DNA from: a virus
Taxonomy: Duplodnaviria; Caudoviricetes
IMG/VR virus record: IMGVR_UViG_3300025610_000129
Location: 1-25,191 of that record
Length of the DNA stretch: 25,191 bases
Direction: 5' to 3' (one strand)
The notes under the pieces were generated by a model, which saw only the letters and a program-made list of their open reading frames with translations, was not told the DNA's origin and did not search any database. Made by a program: the position numbers and the translations under genes. Numbering within the stretch: position 1 is the first letter of the stretch; each line of letters begins with the position of its first letter. Below are positions 1 through 6,185 of the stretch, piece after piece.

Positions 1-423
1 AAGCTAAAGGAAGACGATCCCTTTGGCTATCTCATGCAGGGGTTCTTGTATGCTGAAGCAACCGACATGCCGTTTGGCGGGTGGATTGTCGTTAACAAAT
101 CCAACGGTCAGGTAGCTATCGTTGAGGTTCCTGACTGGTCACAAGATGACAAAGAAGCATACCTGAAGGATGCGGCAGAGCGTATCAAGTTTCTTAACAA
201 CCCCGACGTAAAGCCATTCAAGCCGTACAAGGCTGTGCCTGAAACGTACAAGAAGGATGGCGAGGTTGTAGAGACTGGAAACAAACTACTACCGAAGGAA
301 TGCAACTTGTGTGGTTACAGACATCACTGCTGGCCTAATGCAGTCTTGCACGACCGTGTTACGTCACGGGCTAAGAATCCACCGCAAGTTTGGTACGCCA
401 CTTTAAAGAAGAAGGAAGTATGA
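1..423 (+). CDS. PD-(D/E)XK / Cas4-AddB-like exonuclease, C-terminal part (5' truncated by window edge)
   Basis: The frame is open from base 1 (KLKEDDPFGYLMQGFLYAEA), giving the QxxxY motif of RecB-like nucleases. The C-terminal CNLCGYRHHC matches the CxxCxxxxxC Fe-S cluster motif of the Cas4/AddB family. Confidence 0.8.
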   Translation, partial: KLKEDDPFGYLMQGFLYAEATDMPFGGWIVVNKSNGQVAIVEVPDWSQDDKEAYLKDAAERIKFLNNPDVKPFKPYKAVPETYKKDGEVVETGNKLLPKECNLCGYRHHCWPNAVLHDRVTSRAKNPPQVWYATLKKKEV

Positions 424-803
424 TGCCGTACCTGTTTGTAAAAAACTACGAGGTAGATTTGATGAGCATGAATAAAAGCTTACATCATATCTACATTGAG
501 TCGGTTTCCAAGTCAGGGGGAGAACGTCGGGTAGCCCAGATGCGTTTGCATGAAAACGGGCTACCCCTCACCCTTGTAAACAACTACAGCAAGGAAGGTT
601 CGCTTCACGCAGATACGGAAGTTAGGGATATAAAGACTGTAGAAGAAGAATTACAGCGTATAAGTAGAAAATCTTTTAACGGGGCTTATGTATGTGTGCC
701 GATGCACCCTTTAACAACAGAACTTACCAACATCGAAAGACTATCCCCAAAACTGGCAGGGTACTTGATAAAAAGATTTCAATCGATAGGGCTAGAGTTT
801 TGA
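420..803 (+). CDS. Hypothetical phage protein (~127 aa)
   Basis: ATG at 420 (alternative 423) overlaps the upstream stop (ATGA), and a purine-rich AAGAAGGAAG lies upstream. The ORF fills the gap in the operon. No motif recognised. Confidence 0.75.
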   Translation: MMPYLFVKNYEVDLMSMNKSLHHIYIESVSKSGGERRVAQMRLHENGLPLTLVNNYSKEGSLHADTEVRDIKTVEEELQRISRKSFNGAYVCVPMHPLTTELTNIERLSPKLAGYLIKRFQSIGLEF

Positions 804-1168
804 AAAAAGCAGGGTACAGATCACAATTTGAACTTAATTTAGCTAGAATACTTACAGATAATAAAGTTCCATTCGAATACGAAAAATCTAAATTCCAATA
901 TATTCCTGAACCTCGTAATTACACACCCGATTTTTATCTACCTGAAAGCGACATATACGTCGAGGCAAAGGGACACCTGACTAAAGACGACAGGGTTAAG
1001 ATGTTGCTTGTAAAGAGGCAACACCCAGAGTTGGATATTCGTTTTGTGTTTCTTCGGGCGTCAAATAAGATTTACAAAGGCAGTAAGACGACGTATGCTG
1101 CATGGTGTGAACGATATGATTTTATATGGGCTGAAGGCTCAATCCCAACAGATTGGTATAAAAAATGA
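800..1168 (+). CDS. T7 gp3-like endonuclease I (Holliday junction resolvase)
   Basis: Motifs YRSQFE, YTPDF, VEAKG, DRVKMLLVKxQHPELDIRFVF and KGSKTTYAAWC are typical of endonuclease I. The start is placed at TTG 800 (TTGA overlap with the previous stop) rather than 692; the start is inferred. Confidence 0.92.
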   Translation: MKKAGYRSQFELNLARILTDNKVPFEYEKSKFQYIPEPRNYTPDFYLPESDIYVEAKGHLTKDDRVKMLLVKRQHPELDIRFVFLRASNKIYKGSKTTYAAWCERYDFIWAEGSIPTDWYKK

Positions 1169-1518
1169 CAGACGATGAAGAGATGCACAAGAATGCGGAA
1201 GTGATGTCCCTTTTGCCGGACAGATACTACATCATTCTCAGATCGACAGGTGACAATGAATTCACCTTGTCTGCCTATGACACAACCGACAATACCTACG
1301 AGGAAGACGAAGACTTTACGTCTGCAATGGTTGTACAAGAAGGTGTGTTGGACTTGATCCGCTTTCATACTGACGATGTATACGACAGAGGCGTGGCGTC
1401 TATTCAATTCAAGTTGGTTGGTCAAGAGATGCTAGAGGATGCAGAGATCGATGATCCCAAGCTAACCAAGCAAGTTGAAGGTAACGTAATTAAAGTAGAC
1501 TTTGGGAAGATGCAATGA
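1165..1518 (+). CDS. Hypothetical highly acidic protein (117 aa)
   Basis: ATGA overlaps at both ends. About 28 D/E versus about 10 K/R by hand count. Ends in GNVIKVDFGKMQ. Confidence 0.85.
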   Translation: MTDDEEMHKNAEVMSLLPDRYYIILRSTGDNEFTLSAYDTTDNTYEEDEDFTSAMVVQEGVLDLIRFHTDDVYDRGVASIQFKLVGQEMLEDAEIDDPKLTKQVEGNVIKVDFGKMQ

Positions 1519-1844
1519 ACTTAAATGAATATCAAAAACAAGCAATGCGTACAGCTATCTTTTTTGAAAGAGACGGTTATATCTATACAGCGTTAGGTTT
1601 GGCTGGTGAGGCTGGCGAAATAGCCAACAAGGTCAAGAAGTTTGTACGCGACGGATATACCCCTGAAGAATTGCCGTACAAGATAAACGATCTTCGTGCC
1701 GAACTAGGAGATGTCTTGTGGTACGTTGCGGCTATGGCACAGGTTCTTGAAACCGACCTGCAGACTATTGCAGAAGCTAACCTAAAGAAGTTGCAAAGCC
1801 GCAAGAAACGTGGTAAGTTATCTGGTGATGGAGATAACCGATGA
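1515..1844 (+). CDS. mazG: MazG-like all-alpha NTP pyrophosphohydrolase
   Basis: LGLAGEAGEIANKVKK ... AELGDVLWY gives the ExxE...ExxD metal-binding signature; C-terminal NLKKLQSRKKRG..GDGDNR is typical of phage MazG-like proteins. Confidence 0.9.
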   Translation: MNLNEYQKQAMRTAIFFERDGYIYTALGLAGEAGEIANKVKKFVRDGYTPEELPYKINDLRAELGDVLWYVAAMAQVLETDLQTIAEANLKKLQSRKKRGKLSGDGDNR

Positions 1845-2122
1845 AACACGAAGCTTACATGAAGCGTTTGGAACAACTAGAGAATGCTGGTAAAGAAGCA
1901 TACGGGGGAGTAGACCTTGTCAATAATCCGCCACACTACAATCAAGCAGGTATCGAATGCGTTGACGCAATCGCGGCGGCGACAGACGATGGGTTTCAAT
2001 ACTACCTGCAAGGAAACATCATCAAATACCTCTGGCGATACCGATACAAAAACGGAATCCAAGACCTTGAAAAAGCCCAGTGGTATCTCAACAAACTGAT
2101 CGAAACATTAGAAGAGGAATAA
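1841..2122 (+). CDS. DUF3310 domain protein (T7 gp1.7 nucleotide kinase-like family)
   Basis: DLVNNPPHY, IECVDAI, GNIIKYLWRYRYKNG and DLEKAQWYL are the hallmark motifs of this family. GGAG RBS and ATGA overlap support the start. Confidence 0.88.
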   Translation: MKHEAYMKRLEQLENAGKEAYGGVDLVNNPPHYNQAGIECVDAIAAATDDGFQYYLQGNIIKYLWRYRYKNGIQDLEKAQWYLNKLIETLEEE

Positions 2123-2125
2123 GAC

Positions 2126-4054
2126 ATGAGCAACATGTTACCAACACCATATCAACAATTCATTCACAAGTCACGTTACGCACGTTGGCTAGATAATGAA
2201 CAACGCCGTGAGAATTGGGATGAGACAGTTGACCGATACGTCGGTTTCATGGAAAACCAAATTCAAGGTAAGTGCAACGTCAAGCTAGACAAGAAGGTAA
2301 CCGACGAGTTACGTGAAGGTATCTTGAGTCTTGATGTCATGCCATCCATGAGAGCAATGATGACAGCAGGGTCTGCATTGGCTCGTGATAATATCTGTGG
2401 ATATAACTGTAGCTACATTCCTGTTGATAGCCCCCGTGCGTTTGACGAATGTATGTATATTTTGATGTGTGGTACGGGTGTCGGTTTCAGCGTTGAACGG
2501 GAAAACGTGGACAAGCTTCCCGTTGTGTCAGACAACTTTGGTGATTCAGATATTGTAATTACAGTAGGCGATAGCAAACCGGGATGGGCAAAAGCTTTGC
2601 GCGAACTGATTGCGTTGCTCTATGCTGGACAAGTCCCGTCTTGGGATATGTCTCAGGTTCGCCCAGCAGGTGAACGCCTCAAGATTATGGGTGGACGTGC
2701 ATCCGGCCCCCAGCCTCTTGCAGATCTCTTCAACTTTGTTGTTGAGACATTCAAGAAAGCTAAAGGGCGTCGGTTGTTTCCTATCGAATGCCACGACTTG
2801 ATGTGTAAGATTGGCGAGATTGTGGTTGTCGGTGGCGTACGACGCTCTGCCCTGATTAGTTTATCTAACTTAAACGATGACCAGATGGCACACGCTAAGT
2901 CAGGTATGTGGTGGGAAGGTGAGCCGCAACGTGCGCTTGCAAACAATTCTGTAGCCTACAAGCAGAAGCCTGAGATGGGTACGTTTATGCGTGAGTGGCT
3001 TGCCCTGTACGACAGTAAGTCAGGTGAACGTGGTATGTTCAACCGTGAGGCGGCAGACAAGCAAGTCGGTCGCAACGGACGCCGTGAGCAAGGCCACATG
3101 TGGGGTACAAATCCCTGCTCTGAGATTATCTTGCGTGGCTACCAGTTCTGTAACTTGTCAGAGGTGGTGGTTCGTGAAACCGACTCGCTATATGATTTGA
3201 AGCGCAAGGTTCGCCTCGCAACCATCTTGGGTACTTTGCAATCTACCTTGACTGACTTCAAATACCTGAGGAAGATATGGAAGGACAACACAGAGGAAGA
3301 GCGTTTATTGGGCGTATCCTTGACTGGTATCATGGATCATCACGTGCTTTCAAAGAACGTAGACAGCAAGCGTTGGCTAGAAGAAATGCGGCAAGTAGCC
3401 GTAGATACAAACAAGAAGTTTGCGAACATGCTTGGAATACCTCAGAGTGCAGCAATCACCTGTGTAAAGCCATCGGGTACTGTATCTCAACTCGTGGACG
3501 CAGCTAGTGGTATTCACGCACGGCACAACGATTACTTCATTCGTACGGTTCGTGGCGACAACAAAGACCCGTTGACACAGTTCCTCATCGAAAGCGGCGT
3601 ACACAACGAGCGTGACATGATGAAGCCGGACTCTACAACAGTCTTTAGCTTCCCAATGAAATCACCTGACGGTGCCGTAACTCGTACGCAGACTACTGCT
3701 ATTGAACAGCTAGAACTGTGGAAGACATACGCGATTCACTGGTGTGAGCACAAACCGTCTATCACCGTGTCGGTTAAGGAACACGAGTGGATGGAAGTCG
3801 GTGCGTGGGTGTATGAGAACTTTGACGTGGCATCAGGTGTATCGTTCTTGCCGCACAGCGATCATACCTATCAGCAAGCCCCGTACCAAGACATTGAACC
3901 AGATGAATACTTGGAATGGAAGAAGCTGTACGAAGGTGTGGTTATCGACTGGAACAAGCTTTCTGAGTTTGAGAAGGAAGACAATACCAGCGGTTCTCGT
4001 GAACTTGCCTGTACTGCAGGTGTGTGTGAAGTTGTTGATTTAAATGCGGCGTAG
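2126..4054 (+). CDS. nrdJ: Class II (adenosylcobalamin-dependent) ribonucleotide reductase, compact monomeric RTPR-like type
   Basis: PSMR, YNCSY, GTGVGFS, GGVRRSA, TNPCSEI (thiyl Cys), FCNLSE, TCVKPSGTVS and a C-terminal redox pair CTAGVC. No ATP cone is apparent and no small-subunit gene is adjacent. GAGG RBS. Confidence 0.95.
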   Translation: MSNMLPTPYQQFIHKSRYARWLDNEQRRENWDETVDRYVGFMENQIQGKCNVKLDKKVTDELREGILSLDVMPSMRAMMTAGSALARDNICGYNCSYIPVDSPRAFDECMYILMCGTGVGFSVERENVDKLPVVSDNFGDSDIVITVGDSKPGWAKALRELIALLYAGQVPSWDMSQVRPAGERLKIMGGRASGPQPLADLFNFVVETFKKAKGRRLFPIECHDLMCKIGEIVVVGGVRRSALISLSNLNDDQMAHAKSGMWWEGEPQRALANNSVAYKQKPEMGTFMREWLALYDSKSGERGMFNREAADKQVGRNGRREQGHMWGTNPCSEIILRGYQFCNLSEVVVRETDSLYDLKRKVRLATILGTLQSTLTDFKYLRKIWKDNTEEERLLGVSLTGIMDHHVLSKNVDSKRWLEEMRQVAVDTNKKFANMLGIPQSAAITCVKPSGTVSQLVDAASGIHARHNDYFIRTVRGDNKDPLTQFLIESGVHNERDMMKPDSTTVFSFPMKSPDGAVTRTQTTAIEQLELWKTYAIHWCEHKPSITVSVKEHEWMEVGAWVYENFDVASGVSFLPHSDHTYQQAPYQDIEPDEYLEWKKLYEGVVIDWNKLSEFEKEDNTSGSRELACTAGVCEVVDLNAA

Positions 4055-4106
4055 TAATATACGCTACAAAGCATATAGCTGAGTATCAGGATGAGGAGAG
4101 TGCGGC

Positions 4107-4331
4107 ATGACCTTTGACTCAAACAAATCATACGCTATTGGCGTATGGGACATGACATTCTATGTCATTGACACAGAAACAGATGAGCCTATGCGAAACA
4201 AGGATGGCACAGTGAAACTGTTTCGTTCTGACAATTATGACCTTTCATATCTGGCAGATGGCTTGGATGTGGATGATTTGAAAGAGGCAGAACCAATAGT
4301 TCACTTGTATAAAGGAGAGTTGATAAAATGA
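4107..4331 (+). CDS. Hypothetical acidic protein (74 aa)
   Basis: Strong GAGGAG RBS about 8 nt upstream of the ATG; the stop overlaps the next ATG. Confidence 0.8.
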   Translation: MTFDSNKSYAIGVWDMTFYVIDTETDEPMRNKDGTVKLFRSDNYDLSYLADGLDVDDLKEAEPIVHLYKGELIK

Positions 4332-4426
4332 CTGACAACTACGACAGCGGTTTTGACCTTGTGTTATCTGACTATGAACGCTATGATAGTTTTGAAGGCT
4401 TACCAAAAGAGGATGAAAGTGCCTAA
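4328..4426 (+). CDS. Small acidic peptide, 32 aa (MTDNYDSGFDLVLSDYERYDSFEGLPKEDESA), not in ORF track
   Basis: Translated by hand. AAAGGAGAG RBS at 4311-4319, ATGA overlap with the upstream stop, and it fills the gap up to the GIY-YIG gene. Confidence 0.6.
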   Translation: MTDNYDSGFDLVLSDYERYDSFEGLPKEDESA

Positions 4427-4883
4427 TCGCTTCGACCCAAATCCGTACACAGGAAAGCCTATGTACTACAAGGATAATCCTGATGCCGTAAAGCGTCGGG
4501 ATTCCTTGCGTATGTATGTAAATGGTAAAGAAATATCTAAGAAAAGCCCTTTACATAAACCGGGAAAATACAAATCCTTAGATGATGCTTGGTCACATAG
4601 CGAGATTGAAAAGACGTACGAAGGGGAAGTATACTTGATTATGAACCCAGCGTGGCCTGAGTGGGTGAAGGTTGGTAAGGCGGCAATTGCAACCGACAGG
4701 TTATCCAACTACCAAACATCTTCACCCTTTCGGGACTACATCATAATTAAATCTGTAAAAACAGAGGACAGACATGCTACCGAAACCGACCTGCTAAATA
4801 AGTTTGAGGCTGAATCTGTCGAGCGTCGTGGCGAATGGTTTAAGATAAGTAAGGAGAAAGCAATTGAACTGCTGGCATTGTAA
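4413..4883 (+). CDS. GIY-YIG (T5orf172-like) nuclease domain protein with N-terminal extension
   Basis: GEVYLIMNPAWPEWVKVGKA...RLSNYQTSSP...E...GEWF matches the T5orf172/MUG113 pattern. The start is ATG 4413 or GTG 4419 (GAGG upstream), not 4353. Confidence 0.85.
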   Translation: MKVPNRFDPNPYTGKPMYYKDNPDAVKRRDSLRMYVNGKEISKKSPLHKPGKYKSLDDAWSHSEIEKTYEGEVYLIMNPAWPEWVKVGKAAIATDRLSNYQTSSPFRDYIIIKSVKTEDRHATETDLLNKFEAESVERRGEWFKISKEKAIELLAL

Positions 4884-5037
4884 ACACGAGTTGGTATGGG
4901 GTGCAGACCATGACATCGCGGAAGAAGACGAAGAATACTGCATGGAAACAAATTTGAGTTGCCCTAGCTGTGGTTCATTTGTTATGGTCTTCCTACCGAA
5001 AGAGGGTATCTATGATCCAAGTAAAAATAACACCTGA
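4864..5037 (+). CDS. Small zinc-ribbon-like protein, 57 aa (MNCWHCKHELVWGADHDIAEEDEEYCMETNLSCPSCGSFVMVFLPKEGIYDPSKNNT), not in ORF track
   Basis: Translated by hand. TTG start 7 nt after AAGGAG (4851-4856), two CxxC pairs, and it spans the apparent gap 4884-5011. Confidence 0.8.
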   Translation: MNCWHCKHELVWGADHDIAEEDEEYCMETNLSCPSCGSFVMVFLPKEGIYDPSKNNT

Positions 5038-5500
5038 AATTATTCGTCGCGCCAAAAAGAAAGCCGCCTCTGTAGGTGTACTACAGGGCAGCATAACTGG
5101 TAGCCTATCTAATGTTGTCGGTGCTATTGGTGAAATTATCGTACAGGACTACACTGGCGGTATCGAAGCCAACAGCAAGGATTACGACCTATTGGTAGGA
5201 AACCGACGTGTTGACGTAAAGACTAAGCGGTGCAACACAACCCCTTCACCTAACTACGATTGTTCTGTGGCGGCACACGGTACGAAACAGGACTGTGATA
5301 GCTATGTCTTTGTCCGTATCCTTACCGACCACAGTAAGGCTTGGATATTGGGAGAGATACCTAAAGCAGACTATTACAAGAAGGCAATCAAATATCAGGT
5401 GGGTGATGTTGATCCTGCCAACGGCTTTGTTTTCAAAGCTGACTGTTACAACCTAGCAATACAAGAACTAGAGACTGTCAATGGCAAAGAAGCAGCATAA
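5012..5500 (+). CDS. Putative PD-(D/E)XK restriction-endonuclease-fold protein (162 aa)
   Basis: GAIGEIIV ... DYDLLVGNRRVDVKT gives the E...D...(D/E)xK catalytic pattern, followed by YVFVRI...AWILG. GAGGG RBS supports ATG 5012. Confidence 0.65.
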   Translation: MIQVKITPEIIRRAKKKAASVGVLQGSITGSLSNVVGAIGEIIVQDYTGGIEANSKDYDLLVGNRRVDVKTKRCNTTPSPNYDCSVAAHGTKQDCDSYVFVRILTDHSKAWILGEIPKADYYKKAIKYQVGDVDPANGFVFKADCYNLAIQELETVNGKEAA

Positions 5501-5705
5501 GGCTAACCTATTTCAATTTACAGCGTACTTAAATCAGGATGGGAATGTTGAGTTGGTTTGGGATGGTATACCACCGGATCAATTCGAAGCTACAATAAAT
5601 AAAGGGATGCCAGAGTATGATGGTGCACACTCAATAGCATCCCTGTTAAGATATCTCAGATCGATGGGTGATGAAATGATGGAGAAATCCAGTCGGTTTA
5701 TTTAG
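5481..5705 (+). CDS. Hypothetical protein (74 aa), last gene of the + arm
   Basis: ATG overlaps the end of the previous gene and the composition is protein-like. No motif recognised. Confidence 0.75.
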   Translation: MAKKQHKANLFQFTAYLNQDGNVELVWDGIPPDQFEATINKGMPEYDGAHSIASLLRYLRSMGDEMMEKSSRFI

Positions 5706-5862
5706 ACTTTTTGTGTACCTTCTGTATTTCAAATCTTGCACGAGTAGAAGACCCCTTATGCCGTTTATATCCGGTTGAGGGGTTTTTCATTAGCTTATAA
5801 CTGCCATCACGTTGTTTCATCCAGTGATAGCCTTTAGGAGCAGATACGTACTTAGTTGCCAC
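5698..5862 (-). CDS. Small very basic protein (54 aa), last gene of the - arm
   Basis: GTG start at 5862 with GGGGAAG upstream, overlapping the previous gene end. 11 K + 4 R versus 2 acidic residues. Contains APKGYHWMK. Confidence 0.7.
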   Translation of the reverse strand: MATKYVSAPKGYHWMKQRDGSYKLMKNPSTGYKRHKGSSTRARFEIQKVHKKSK

Positions 5863-6175
5863 GTTTCTTCCCCTTTGTTGCACCAGCAATCTTGTCTGCG
5901 TAGGTTACCTTATCATAAGGCGGGGCAAGCTTTGCAAACGAACCTTCTGCCATGCCCATCCGCTGTTGTGTAGGTGTAGGCCCAGACATGATGCCCATGC
6001 GGTTTTGATCCCGCTCTTGCATTTGCTGTTGGTTTTGGCTGGTGGACATCATTGCATTTCCACCCATCTGCATCTTCTTGCGGGACTTAGTTGCCTTACC
6101 GCCATACATCATAGGTTTACGGGTATTGCCACCATACATCATACCCTTGCGCTGACCGTTGTGATACTGTTTCAT
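5852..6175 (-). CDS. Met/Gly/Gln-rich low-complexity basic protein (~107 aa)
   Basis: AAAGGTG RBS directly after the stop of the 1561-aa gene; ATG at 6175 (alternative 6178). Repeats MMYGG, MMYGG, MQMGG and MAEGS. Confidence 0.78.
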   Translation of the reverse strand: MKQYHNGQRKGMMYGGNTRKPMMYGGKATKSRKKMQMGGNAMMSTSQNQQQMQERDQNRMGIMSGPTPTQQRMGMAEGSFAKLAPPYDKVTYADKIAGATKGKKRGN

Positions 6176-6185
6176 CATTTCACCT

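Noticed and set aside
1-423. Cas4-like gene as evidence of a CRISPR-Cas system
   Set aside because: There is no repeat-spacer array or other cas gene; solo Cas4-like exonucleases are normal phage replication genes.
692-799. N-terminal extension of endonuclease I in the ORF track (likewise extensions at 390, 4353, 4970, 5889 and 6226)
   Set aside because: They overlap upstream genes extensively and lack family motifs. Downstream starts have RBSs or stop-start coupling.
1515-1844. MazG as part of a Z-base (2-aminoadenine) DNA pathway
   Set aside because: No purZ or datZ in the window; stand-alone MazG is common in marine phages.
4032-4060. Possible sigma70 promoter TTGTTG-N17-TAATAT at the end of the RNR
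   Set aside because: Weak match to consensus in both boxes; not supportable by eye.
4129-4147. Hairpin CATACGC-TATTG-GCGTATG near the start of the 74-aa ORF
   Set aside because: It lies in coding sequence, has no U-tract and is a single occurrence, so there is not enough support for a terminator or operator.
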